Positions 35,734-47,881 of a DNA stretch of 64,000 bases are shown piece by piece; within the stretch, counting starts at the first letter, position 1, and each line of letters opens with the position of its first letter. The notes below the pieces were generated by a model, which searched no databases, was not told where the DNA came from, and saw only the letters and a list, made by a program, of their open reading frames with translations. The position numbers were made by a program, and so were the translations under genes. Source of the DNA: Phaeosaccion multiseriatum (Eukaryota > Protista > Ochrophyta, other classes); contig OZ218959.1 in the NCBI GenBank assembly GCA_965112735.1, forward strand, positions 434,001-498,000. Direction: 5' to 3'.

Positions 35734-38700
35734 AGAGCGAGAGAGAGAGAAGAGATGTAGAGAGAGAGAGAGAGAGGAGAGAGAGCGAGAGAGAGAGAAG
35801 AGATGTAGAGAGAGAGAGAGGAGAGCGACACAGAGGGAAACTGAAACTGTGCGAGCTCAGCCCAGGCCTCACCGGAGTCTGCTGAAGCACCTCCATATCC
35901 TCTCCCTCCTTGCGCGAGAGAAGCGCCACCAGCTGAGCGGATGGAGGAAGGACGGACGGACGGACGGGAGAGTGAGACGCAGAGAAGGGCGAGTGAGAGG
36001 AACAGTGATGGAGCGTGTGCACGGGGAGGGCGACAAAGGGGGCGGGCGATACGCTCATTCACGAGCAAGTCAGCGGCCCCTGCCCGGGAAGTGAATCGCT
36101 CATTCACGTGCAACGTCTTTCTCCTCCACAGAAGGCCATCAGTTCGGCCGGTCTGTCTGTTGGTCCGTCGGTCGGTCCGTCCGTCGAGCCCCCTCCCCTC
36201 TTTCCCGCGCCGCCCGCCGCCTCCGCCTGCCGCTGCGGCTCACCTCCTTCTCTCCGTGTGCCTTCTCGCTCCAGCACAGGCACGTGTAGACCTTTCTCGT
36301 GTCCTCAGAGGCCCCCTGCACGGTCGCCACAGCCTCCCTGTTCGTCATCGCCATTTGTGACACTTGGACACACAAGCCTGCATTCCGCCCCGTGCCGGCA
36401 TTCACGGCATCCTGATGTGTGTGATGTGTGTGTGTGTGTGGGGGGGGGGGAGAAGGAACGACAGTGAGAAGGCATTGCTTTCTCCCTTCTTTCTCTATTC
36501 TTCAACGACAGTCTCCCGGGCATCCACCGCGCAGTTTCAGTGTCAGTTACTCCCGGGCCTACCCAAACCTCTGTGCCCTCTGCTGCCTTCTACTGCCTTC
36601 TGAGAGACGACCGACCGACCGACCAACCTGCAGGCTTGCCAGGGCGCTCTCCACCTTCTGCGCGGACCGCTTGCTGTCCACGAGCTTGAGCACGAAGGGC
36701 CGCCCGCCGCCCAGCATGCGGACGTCAATGTCTTCCCTGTGTTTATGTGTGTGTGTGTGTGTGTGTGTGCGTATGTGGATGAAGTGGGGAGATGGACGAG
36801 AACGTAAAAGGGCCGCCTCTCGGAAAGCGACGCTCAAGACGAAGCACAGCATGCAGACCCCTGGTCCACACGAAAAGGAGCGGCGAGAACGGGGTGCGAC
36901 GCAACATACAAGTACCCACCCACGCACCCACGCACCCACGCACCCACGCACCCACGCACACACGCACACACGCACCTCCCCGACCCGTGCATAGCGGCCT
37001 CCGCGCACCCCGAGAAGGCCTCGAAGGGCTCTGCGATCATCTCCTCCACTGACCACAAGCCCTTACGCGTCATACCCATCAACCACGGCGTCTGAGGCAC
37101 CTGCACAAGAGGGAGGAGGGGGGTGGAGGGGCTTTGGCTCCAGAGGGTAGGGGGGGGCGTCCACCTGGGATACGCGCCCACCTGTGATACGCGCCCACCT
37201 GGGATAAGCGCCTCGGCAGATCAAGGACAAAACCAAGGCGGCTCGGGAGGAGGTCGGGGCTCTACAACGCCCCCCTCCCCCACCTTCCATTCCATTCACA
37301 CCCACGAGACGGACAGACGCAACCCGCACCCCACGCACCTCCCGCGAGAGTTTGTTGTAGAAACCCTTCACCACCACGTGCTCTCTCTTCCAGCGCAGCT
37401 GCACCTGGCAGGCTGGTTCCTCCGTCTCGCCACCCTCGGCCTTCCAGCGCCGCACCATCCCGTGGAGGCGCTCCTCCTGCGCCGGGGTGAGCTCCGACAG
37501 GGCCTTGTTCACGACGGAGGTGTTCAAGTACCCGTCGTTGTCGCTGTCGTTCTTGCGCCTCTTGCGTTTCTGCGTGTTTGTGCGTGCGTGGTTTAGTTTG
37601 GTAGTCAATAAATCTCAGTAAGGGCGAAGGAAAGAGTTGCCCATTGGTGGCTCTGCACTCCTTGGTGGTTGGCTGCACACTATGGCTGCACTCTTTGGCT
37701 CCTCGCGTACCTGGAAGTAGTTCTCCTTCTCTCCTCTCTCCACTACCGAGCGAGGCGCGGGTCTGTTCCCCAGAAGGGGGGGGGGGGAGAGAGGGCGAGG
37801 AGGGCACGGACTCAGTGGAGCAAAAGCGTGGGTGATCCTCCCCGCCAATGAGAGAGAGGCATATGCTGCCATACCCTTACCTTGGCTTAATATCCAGCAT
37901 GACCGCCGCTCGGTTGTCTGCCTCGAAGTTCAGCATCTCTGCCTCTAGTAGGAGCTCCTCATCCCTTCGAAACTGGCGTGGGTCAAGTCAAGTCAGGCAG
38001 GTCAATCAGCAGAGCATTGCATGGGTCAAGGGCGGCAGATGGGGTGCGAGCAAAGGACTTCCCCCCTCCCCTCCCCCCTCCCCTCCTGCCTGTCACTCTT
38101 TTCCGCCTCGACACCTCTGCGCACCTGCACCCCCAGCCTTCGCGCCACCCCCCCCGTCATCCTCATCTTCACAGCCGACTTGAGGTCCACGATCTGCCCA
38201 GCGGGGACGAGTGGGGTGCGCGGCTCCTCCTCGCCCCCCGCGAAGCGCACAAAGGCCTCCTGCCGCACCGCCGCGCATAGCAACAACTTGACGCTGAAGC
38301 TGAAGTCGCCGAGGTCGTAGCCCCTGTCCACCACCTCCTGTGCGCCGTGCGCTTCCAAGGAGATGCAGCACTCTGCGGGAGACGCCTGTGGCTGCGGCTG
38401 TGGAGCGTCCACCTTGTCTTTCACGCCGCCGTCGCCCCCCCCTCTAGGTACTTCTATTGGCGCACTACTACTGCTACCACCTGCTACCACTGCTGCTGCT
38501 GCTCCTCCTCCTCCTCCTCCTCCTCCTCCTCCTCCTCCTGCCGCTCCTCCAGCTCCTCCAGCTCCTTCTCGGGATTGTTCGTGCTCTACTTTCGGCCCTA
38601 CTGTCGACTCTACCCCTCTCAGAACCACAGGCGTCGTGGTTTGCAGCAAGCCGAGGCACAAGGGACACACCCTCCTCCTCTTCCCGGCCTTCGTCTCTCG

Positions 38701-38970
38701 CCCCGAATCTCCCTTCGCAGGGGCATCCCCGGCCTCAAAAACGTCGACTCCATCGCTACTACTACTGGACCTGCTCGCTTGCGCGCCCCGTCCGCCGCTG
38801 GCAGCAGAAGCGATCTTTTGCTCTTCCTCGTCGTCCTGATACTGTGTGGCGTCTACGCATCCCGCCAATCGCAGGGCGCAGCGACGGCAAGCCCCCACCG
38901 CTTTTACGGCTTGAGAGAGGGCATCCCCCCCCTCAGCAGCATCCATACTCTGTTCTGTGCCGTCTTCCAT
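34670..38970 (-). CDS. PUS10: tRNA pseudouridine synthase Pus10, multi-exon
   Basis: N-terminal CRRC...CPLC Zn motif; KGFYNKLSRE/VPQTPW; HGSGREDIDVRMLGGGRPF (catalytic Asp); QQTPVRVLHRR; GGTYVKEFVHGDFGRT; ADILQLDV. The 3' end may splice further to ~34294-34485. Confidence 0.93.
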
Positions 38971-39112
38971 ATCGTCGGCCTCAGAGAGAGAGGTCAAAGG
39001 AGAGTGAAAGAGGAAAGTTGAAAGCTCATGTGGTCGTGGTGGTGATTCAAGATTCACAGATGAGTCAGAGAGGAGCGATACAAAAAGTCAAAAAGTCACA
39101 AGTCCCAACGCG

Positions 39113-40509
39113 ATGCTGTCTGCTCGACAAGTGGCGGCAAGGCCTTGCTGCTGCCTTATCAACCAACAGCTGGAGCTGCTACGACGGAAATGCTGGCAGG
39201 CTGGGACAGCAGAGGCTCAAAAGCGCTCCCACTCCCGCCTTCGCCCGCGGGGTGGGCCTGCGAAAAGGCCACCGCCTCCTCCTGCAAAGCAGCAGCAGAG
39301 GTGGCTCGCTTCGTGGGATCGAAAAGGGTGGCTGAGAAAGCTTGAGAAGGACCGGCGGGAGGGGGGAGAGGGGGGCGGCGAAGATGCGGACGACGAAGAG
39401 AAGAACCTTCACCCGGACTGGGCTGCGCTGGAGAGGAGACTCAAAACTCGACGGCCGAAGAAGAAAGGCGAGGGGCCGTCGGGTCGCTCTAATATCAAGA
39501 AGAGTGAAGAGGACTACTGGTGCGTGCGCATGAGATGATGCATTAATTGGATGGGGCGATGGAGTCCCCTCCCTCTCACACCGGAGGGAGCATGTTGGTG
39601 CCATCACACCCACCTGGCCCCTCTGCACCTTTGCCCCATGCCACGCACCGCAGGTTGGAGGGCGGGGTGTACGATGTGGAGGGCCCCGCTTCAAGCCCCG
39701 AAGAGCCCGCGAGGCCTACTTTCGGTGAGGCGAAGAGCAGCGCTAATGTGCGCCCTGCAAACCCCTCTCTTTGTCCTCGTGCTCGTCCTCAGTATTGACC
39801 ATACCTGCCTTCCTCCCTCTCCCTCCTCTCCTACCATTGCTGCTGCTGCTGCTGCTACTCCTGCTACGGCTCCTACTGCTTCCTCTTCTCTTGACCCATG
39901 CAATGCTGCTGTATCCCCCTCGTTTCGTCTCCCCTCGCAGGACGGATGTCGACGATTCGGGTTCCAGCTTCGGACGGTGCGAGGATAGATTGCACAGTCG
40001 TTTTCTGTTCAGTCGATTGATCGCAGACCTTGGCTCACCTCCACGCTCTTCCCCTCCTTGTCTCTCTGTCCCCCCCTCCTCCCCGTCCTCCTCCCTCTCA
40101 AGTGGCTGCTGTGGTGGAGCTGTACCAAACCCACGTTGCTCCTACAATGTGGACTCACCCGGGCTTCTGCTCCGTTGAGCTCTTCCAGGTCGGAGGGCAA
40201 ACAGGAGCAGCCTCAGAGGAGGGTCAATTAGAGGCACACGGGGAGGAGGAGGAGGTGGAGCTGAGGTCTCTGAGTGTATGGGCAGACGAGCAGAGCCTCG
40301 ACGCCGCCTCCGCAGATCCAAAGTACACACTCGCCATGCGTAGGCTGCAGCGGATACTCGAAGGCGGCGGGGGCGCAGTAGGAGGACGGGTACCAGAGAC
40401 GAGTCTGCTGCAGGTCAAGCTCAGTGTCCGTGCGCCCACGATGGAAGTAGATGGGGGCGCTGGTGGCGGGAGGGGGAAGGGGGGCTTTAAGTCAATGGCG
40501 GGGTACTGA
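39113..40509 (+). CDS. Probable mitochondrial protein with C-terminal ABM/dimeric alpha-beta barrel-like domain
   Basis: Arg-rich presequence; HPDWAALERRLKTRRP...GRSNIKKSEEDYW / LEGGVYD; final exon VVELYQTHVAPTMWTHPGFCSVELF...LSVWADEQSLDAA (PGF...VWxDxxS pattern typical of the ABM fold). Confidence 0.6.
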
Positions 40510-40620
40510 GCAGGCGCCTTTATTATCGAAACATGCACGGCGAAGATGCTGGTTGTGACATCTTACCTGTATAGTTCTTTCCAAAGGGACTTGTTTCTGT
40601 TTCTCTGCCTGGTTCTGGGG

Positions 40621-41073
40621 GGAGAGGAGGGCAGAGCGCTGGTCGCGCTGATAGCGTGGAGGAGCGAAGCGTGATTGCTGACAAGGGGGAGGCCATGCAG
40701 CTGAGCGGTGAGGAGGAGGGTAGTCGCGGAGGAGAGAAGAGGAGGGACGGAGGGGGCGGAGCAAGTGAGCAGCCTGCCAAGAGGGCCCGAGGGGAGACGT
40801 TTGTGGCACCACTGCCTCTAAGTACGCCTGGCGCTGCGTCTGAGGCAGGTACGATGGCAAGTGCCGGGGGGCTGGTGACTGTTGCCGAGCTGAGCGCTGC
40901 GTTGGCAGCGCAGGGGCGAGCCCTGCAGAGGGAGGATGAGGAGGAGGCGAGGGCGAAGTGGAACGACGAGGTGAAGGGTCAGATCCTCGACTTGTGGCAG
41001 CAGCACCTGGCCAAGGTCAGCCCCATGCCCCACCCCCAGGTGAGGCGGGTGCAGGACAAGCTCAACGGCGAGA
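40621..41073 (+). pseudogene. Truncated, diverged fragment of the last exon of the downstream duplicated gene
   Basis: Matches ~42881-43310 (SVEERSVIADKGEA...KWNDEV...LAKVSPM...QVRRVQ...LNGE), then homology ends; no upstream exons. Confidence 0.7.
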
Positions 41074-41333
41074 GCCTTGATCCTTGTGCTGCATTACCTT
41101 GGCCAGGTGAGGTGGGTGCAGGACTAGCTCAGTGGCGAGATCTTAATGGAGGGAGGGGAGGAGGAAAAAATAAAAAAGGAGAGAGAAAAACAAAAAAATA
41201 AAAATCATAGATGGCACTTAAAGGCAGAAAAGTACAAATACTCCCCGCCTCCTCCGACTTCCTCCGGGCAACCACAACTCGTCTTCCTCCACCACCCCCT
41301 TGCCTCCCCTCCTTCTCTTCTTTTCTGCTGCGA

Positions 41334-41879
41334 ATGCCTCGCGATATTGATATTCCTCGCTATGATGAGGCCAAGTCTGATCTGCAGAGGCGCCACATTA
41401 TAGATACCGTAATTCATGAAGCTGGAGGATTGGGAGACACCGCTACGCTGGATTTACTCATAGACGGCGGGTGGTAAGTCTCCCCCTTAACTAGCACCTC
41501 TTCTTGTCGTTCACTTATTGTCGCGCGCTTGCCTAGGCCGATGGAGAGAGCCCTTCAGTCAGCTTTAATGAAGAAATGCGTCAAAGGCGTCCGCCACCTA
41601 GTGGAGACTCGAGGACTATCCATGGAGAACTCTCCCGGCGCTCTTGATGCTTTCCTGAGTTCGGCCAACCACCACCGGCTCGAGGGATATTCGGCCCGGA
41701 ACAGAGACACAATTTGGCCAATAGTTTGCAGGAGGGGCAAGCTTCTCAGAGGTGTTCCCGACGCTGAGCTGAAGGCGTTGGAGGCTTCCCCTGTAGCATG
41801 CACGAGGGAGGAGGCGAGGAGGGAGAGAGGGCAGAGGATGAGGTTTCTGCTTGTGACAATGCGGCATGCGGCGCGGCGG

Positions 41880-41911
<32 letters not shown>

Positions 41912-41960
41912 AGAAGAACAGCCGCGGCAACAACAGCAACAGCACCACCAACACCACCAC

Positions 41961-41996
<36 letters not shown>

Positions 41997-43623
41997 CAAC
42001 AGCAGCAGCAGCAGCAAGAAGAACAACAACAACAGCAGCAGCAACGACAGCCACAACACCAGCAGCAGCATCACCACCACCACCAGCACCACCCCTCCCC
42101 GGAGGCTGGATCTGGAGCGACTCTCTCTGCTCGCTTGGACGCTGTGTGCGCACGATGCCCCGGACTGAAGGGCCCGCTCGACTCTGTCTCGCACGACTCG
42201 AGCTTGCTGGAGCTGAACCTGCGACTCGCGGAGGACAAGATTGAGAAGGTATGGCGGGGGTTGGGCAGGGGGGCAAAGAAGGGAAGGCAGCCCTCGGGCG
42301 AGCACCAGGCTCTTCAGTAACAGCAGGACAAGGTTTCCCGCCTTGCTACCCCAGTGGGCTGAGACTGACTGAAATCCTGCGTCTCGCTTTGCTGCATTGC
42401 CCCTTTCTCTGAGGCAGATGCAATCATTCACGGATGCGCAGTTTCGGGAGCATCTCCAGAAGTTGGGGGAGGCGGCGCCCAACACGGAGGAGAATGTCCG
42501 GGGCGCCATGGACATGCCTTTGCCCGGCAAGCTCAACTACGTGGTGTCCTACGAGATTCACCTTAGCATACTCTTGGCCGAAGACCAGAGGGAGTGTGCG
42601 GCATTGCAGCCCGGAGTGGCAGCCGTAGCTGGATCAGCCCCACCAGCAGCAGTCCGTATGGCACTCAATGGCAACGACAACGCCCCTCCCCTCACGAGGT
42701 CAGTAGACACCACCGTCACCGCGCCTCCTCCTACTACGGCTGCTGCTACTGGTACTGGTGGTGGTGCTGCTGCTGGTGGTACTACTGGTGCTGCTGCTGC
42801 CGGTGGTGTGTGTGAGGGTGGCCTTGGGGAGCAGGGAGGACAAAGGATGGGTGAGGAAGATGCGCAGGCGAGGGGCGGGGGGAGAGGAAGGCAGAGCGCT
42901 GGTCGCGCTGATAGCGTGGAGGAGCGAAGCGTGATTGCTGACAAGGGGGAGGCCATACAGCTGAGCGGTGAGGAGGAGGGTAGTCGCGGAGGAGAGAAGA
43001 GGAGGGACGGAGGGGGCGGAGTAAGTGGGCAGCCTGCCAAGAGGGCCCGAGGGGGGACCCTTGACTCTCCGCCACTGCCTCCGAGCACCCGTTCAGGTGC
43101 GATGGCATGTGCCGGTGGGGTGGTGACGGCTGCCGAGCTGAGCTCTGCGTTGGCAGTACAGAGACACGCCCTGGACACAGAGGAGAGGAGAGAGAAGTGG
43201 AACGACGAGGTGAACACCCAGATCTGCGACGTGCTTCAGTACCTGGCCAAGGTCAGCCCCATGCGCTACACCCAGGTGAGGCGGGTGCAGCACTGGCTCA
43301 ACGGCGAGATGGAGCGGCTGGGGCGCTTCATCGACAGCCCAAAGGGGTTTGTCGAGGCGACCTGCGGTAATGGCGGCGAGGCGGCATCAGGAGCAGCACC
43401 GGTGACAGCAAGAGCGGCGGCGGAGGAGATGCTGCAGGACCGTTTCAGCTTCGACGCCGCGGTGGAGCTCCTGCAGGCCTCGGGGAGAGTGAAGAGGAGT
43501 GTGTATGGGCAGCTGACGCGCGTGTGCCAGCACTTACACGCGACCCACCCCACGACGGGCGACTTGGCAGACAGCCCTTTCGTGGGGCAGATCGACGCCA
43601 TTCTGAAACGCCAGCAGGCTTAG
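41334..43623 (+). CDS. Ankyrin-like/polyQ protein of unknown function, copy A (3 exons)
   Basis: Exon 1 MPRDID...TVIHEAGGLGDTATLDLLIDGG, 63-nt GTAAGT..CTAG intron, exon 2 WPMERALQSALMKKCVKGVRHLVE...polyQ/H...DKIEK, GTATGG..CAG intron, exon 3 MQSFTD...LKRQQA*. The ankyrin assignment rests on pattern only. Confidence 0.75.
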
Positions 43624-43938
43624 CGAGGGGCGGAGCTGTGCAAGTGACTTAAAAGGGACTTGGGCGCACGAATCTTGGGTTTGCAAGTCTTGCTTCGACG
43701 CGATGAAGGGTTCCTCCTGCCGCCCATTCATGCGTATACTACCAACTTTTTTTTTTTTTTTTTTTTAAAAACAACGTTTAACAATCATAGATGGCACTTA
43801 AAGGCAGATAATTTCCTCCCCCACTTTCCTTTATAAGGCCCTTTTGGCCTCCTCCGACTTCCTCCAGGCAACCACAACTCGGTTTATCTTCCTCCACCCC
43901 CCCCTTGCCTCCCCTCCTTCTCTTCTTTTCTGCTGCGA

Positions 43939-44575
43939 ATGCCTCGCGATATTGATATTCCTCGCTATGATGAGGCCAAGTCTGATCTGCAGAGGCACCA
44001 CATTATAGATACCGTAATTCATGAAGCTGGAGCAACGGGAGACACCGCTACGTTGGATTTGCTCATAGACGGCGGGTGGTAAGTCTCCCCCTTAACTAGC
44101 ACCTCTTATTGTCTTTCACTAATTGTTGCGCGCTTGCCTAGGCCGATGGAGGGAGCACTTAGGGCAGCTTTAATGAAGAGATGCGCCAAAGGCGTCCACC
44201 ATCTAGTGGAGACTCGAGGACTATCCATGGAGGATTGTTGCTACGCTCTTCATTTTTTTCGGAGCTTGGGCAACAACACCCACATCGAGGGACATTCGGC
44301 CCGGTTCAGAGACACAGTTTGGCCAATAGTTTGCAGGAGGGGCAAGCTTCTCAGAGGTGTTCCCGACGCTGAGCTGAAGGCGTTGGAGGCTTCCCCTGTA
44401 GCATGCACGAGGGAGGAGGCGAGGAGGGAGAGAGGGCAGAGGATGAGGTTTCTGCTTGTGACAATGCGGCATGCGGCGCAGCGGCAGCACCAGCAGCAGC
44501 AGCAGCAGCGGCAGCAGCAGCAAGAAGAACAGCCGCGGCAACAACAGCAACAGCACCAGCAGCAGCAGCAGCAGC

Positions 44576-44648
<73 letters not shown>

Positions 44649-46243
44649 GCAGCAGCAGCAGCAGCAGCAACAACAACAACAGCAGCAGCATCACCACCAC
44701 CACCAGCACCACCCCTCCCCGGAGGCTGGATCTGGAGCGACTCTCTCTGCTCGCTTGGACGCTGTGTGCGCACGATGCCCCGGACTGAAGGGCCCGCTCG
44801 ACTCTGTCTCGCAGGACTCGAGCTTGCTGGAGCTGAACCTGCGACTCGCGGAGGACAAGATTGAGAAGGTATGGCGGGGGTTGGGCGGGGGGGCAAAGAA
44901 GGGAAGGCAGCCCTCGGGCGAGCACCAGGCTCTTCAGTAACAGCAGGACAAGGTTTCCCGCCTTGCTACCCCAGTGGGCTGAGACTGACTGAAATCTTGC
45001 GTGTCGCTTTGCTGCATTGCCCCTTTCTCTGAGGCAGATGCAATCATTCACGGATGCGCAGTTTCGGGAGCATCTCCAGAAGTTGGGGGAGGCGGCGCCC
45101 AACACGGAGGAGATCGTCCGGGGCGCCATGGACATGCCTTTGCCCGGCAAGCTCAACTACGTGGTGTCCTACGAGATCCACCTTAGCATACTCTTGGCCG
45201 AAGACCAGAGGGAGTGTGCGGCATTGCAGCCAGGAGTGGCAGCCGTAGCTGGATCAGCCCCACCAGCAGCAGTCCGTATGGCACTCAATGGCAACGACAA
45301 CGCCCCTCCCCGCACGAGGTCAGTAGACACCACCGTCACCGCGCCTCCTCCTGCTACGGCTGCTGCTACTGGTAATGGTGGTGGTGCTGCTGCTGGTGGT
45401 ACTACTGGTGCTGCTGCTGCCGGTGGTGTGTGTGAGGGTGGCCTTGGGGAGCAGGGAGGACAAAGGATGGGTGAGCAAGATGCGCAGGCGAGGGGCGGGG
45501 GGAGAGGAAGGCAGAGTGCTGGTCGCGTTGATAGCGTGGAGGAGCGAAGCGTGATTGCTGACAAGGGGGAGGCCATGCAGCTGAGCGGTGAGGAGGAGGG
45601 TAGTCGCGGAGGAGAGAAGAGGAGGGACGGAGGGGGCGGAGTAAGTGGGCAGCCTGCCAAGAGGGCCCGAGGGGGGACCCTTGACTCTCCGCCACTGCCT
45701 CCGAGCACCCGTTCAGGTGCGATGGCATGTGCCGGTGGGGTGGTGACGGCTGCCGAGCTGAGCTCTGCGTTGGCAGCACAGAGACACGCCCTGGACACAG
45801 AGGAGAGGAGAGAGAAGTGGAACGACGAGGTGAACACCCAGATCTGCGACGTGCTTCAGTACCTGGCCAAGGTCAGGCCCATGCGCTACCCCCAGGTGAG
45901 GCGGGTGCAGCACTGGCTCAACGGCGAGATGGAGCGGCTGGGGCGCTTCATCGACAGCCCAAAGGGGTTTGTCGAGGCGACCTGCGGTAATGGCAGCGAG
46001 GCGGCATCAGGAGCAGCACCGGTGACAGCAAGAGCGGCGGCGGAGGAGATGCTGCAGGACCGTTTCAGCTTCGACGCCGCGGTGGAGCTCCTGCAGGCCT
46101 CGGGGAGAGTGAAGAGGAGTGTGTATGGGCAGCTGACGCGCGTGTGCCAGCACTTACACGCGACCCACCCCACGACGGGCGACTTGGCAGACAGCCCTTT
46201 CGTGGGGCAGATCGACGCCATTCTGAAACGCCAGCAGGCTTAG
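43939..46243 (+). CDS. Ankyrin-like/polyQ protein of unknown function, copy B (3 exons)
   Basis: Tandem duplicate of 41334-43623 (offset 2605-2620 bp) with the same splice sites and a longer, purer polyQ. Confidence 0.75.
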
Positions 46244-46497
46244 CGAGGGGCGGAGCTGTGCAAGTGACTTAAAAGTGACTTGGGCGCACGAATCTTGGGT
46301 TTGCAAGTCTTGCTCGACGCGAAGAAGGGAAGACTCATGCGTACTACCAACTTCTTATTTAATTAGCATTAGTAAATCTTGAACAGGTTATTGTTTATTG
46401 TTTGTGCACAGGGAGAGATGGCTTCAACCTTCGATTTTACCCCCCCCCCTCCCCCCTCCGCCGTAGTGGTCTTTGGCAACCTCTCCCCCCTCCTGCC

Positions 46498-47482
46498 TCA
46501 TGACAGCATGGCCTTGAACTCCTCGTACTCGATCTCGCCGGACCCGTCTGTGTCTATTCGGTTAATGAGCTCCTCGATGTCGATGGTGAGGCCGAAGTCC
46601 TGCTTAATAATCTTGACAAGGGTGTCTCTCTTCACGTTGCCGCTTTTGTCAGGCAGCCCTCCGCAGGCCACGAATGCGTCGATCATGTCCGTCTCGTCAT
46701 CGAAGTTCTCGGCACGCGTTTTTTGGTTCTCAATCACCTGTACACGCCCAGGTAGACAGACGGTCGAGCGGGAGCCAGCATAGGGAGGAGGAGGACGAGG
46801 AGGAGGAAGAGGAGGAGGAGGAGGAGGAGGAGGAGGAGGAGGAGGAGGAGGAGGAGGAGGAGGAGAAGGAGGAGGAGGAGGAGGAGGAGAAGGTGACAAT
46901 GAAGTATGGGCATGCAGTGTTTCGAAATGCGCCCCTCCTGAGTGGAGACTCTACGAGAGTACTCGTACACGCATACCAGAGCCTTCTCCTCCTCCTCCTC
47001 CTCCTCCTCCTCCTCCTCCTCCTCCGAATCATGAGAGAGAATATCCGCCATACCCTTTTCCATCTTCCCACGCCATCATCAAGGCTGACTGGTGCCTCTC
47101 ATAAGGCAACCTCATACCCCCTTTCCTCGAAACACAGAGCTCCCCTCCTTCTCTCTAAAGTACGAGAGCAACCTCTCCAGGAGAGACATCTCTGTACCCC
47201 CCCCCCCCTGCCCTCTCCCCAACCCTTTCCCCGCTACCAGCCCCCCCTCATTCCCTGAGTGCTCGGCCTTCTCACCTTTAAGAACTCTGCAAAGTCAATG
47301 GATCCGCTCATATTGTCATCAACCTCGGAAATCATCTGAAATAGCTCCTCCTCTGTTGGTTTCTGCCCCATCGCCTCCAGCACCTGCCGTAGCTCCCACA
47401 CATCGATGGTCCCGCTGCGGTCCTTGTCGAACGCCAGGAAGGCATCCCGACACCCGTCGATCTCCTCCTGGGTCAGAACCAT
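46498..47482 (-). CDS. LC4: EF-hand Ca-binding flagellar outer-arm dynein 18-kDa light chain (LC4-like), 2 exons
   Basis: MVLTQEEIDGCRDAFLAFDKDRSGTIDVWEL...VDDNMSGSIDFAEFLK spliced to VIENQK...DMIDAFVACGGLPDKSG...FGLTIDIEELI..IDTDGSGEIEYEEF. The DAFVAxGG motif is LC4-type, not calmodulin. Confidence 0.85.
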
Positions 47483-47881
47483 CCTGCCACCGCCTTCTAG
47501 GGGGGCTCTCTTCTTCTGTCCGCCTTATGCCACGAGAAGCCGCTTCTCCTGCCTCGCTGATCAAGTCTCTGTGGCCAACACCAAATGGGGACCCCCAAAG
47601 TGAAGTCCCTCCGGTGCTTGTCCGGCCTCACCACGCCCGACAGCTGCGTCCTGTAAGAAGAGCACCACCCTAACAATATCAATGTGGTAGTAGCAGCAGA
47701 AGAGGAAGGGATACGGGCTCTCCGATAGCGTTGAGTAGGGTAGAGGGAAGAGGGAGAGGGTTTCGCAGTTACGTTTTGAGTAGAAATTAGATGGCCCACC
47801 TAGAGATCACAGATGGACCACGAGCACCAACTGGATGGCTGGGCTATTGGATCGCGGCTCGCGGCTCTATCACAGGGCAAG

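Larger units (their letters stand above)
41203..46352 (+). repeat. ~2.6-kb head-to-tail segmental duplication
   Basis: Both units begin aatcatagatggcacttaaaggcaga and end ...tactaccaactt; a T20 tract (43747-43766) sits at the junction. Confidence 0.95.

Noticed and set aside
43747-43766. T20 tract as a retrotransposon poly(A) tail
   Set aside because: The duplicated genes retain introns, and no RT ORF or TSD is visible; DNA-level tandem duplication is simpler.
41616-45156. Long antisense poly-Leu ORFs over the duplicated genes
   Set aside because: Shadow frames of CAG/CAA repeats; splice signals support the plus strand.
46498-47482. Calmodulin or centrin call
   Set aside because: The third EF-hand region reads DAFVACGGLPDKSG, typical of dynein LC4, and the sequence is too divergent from calmodulin.
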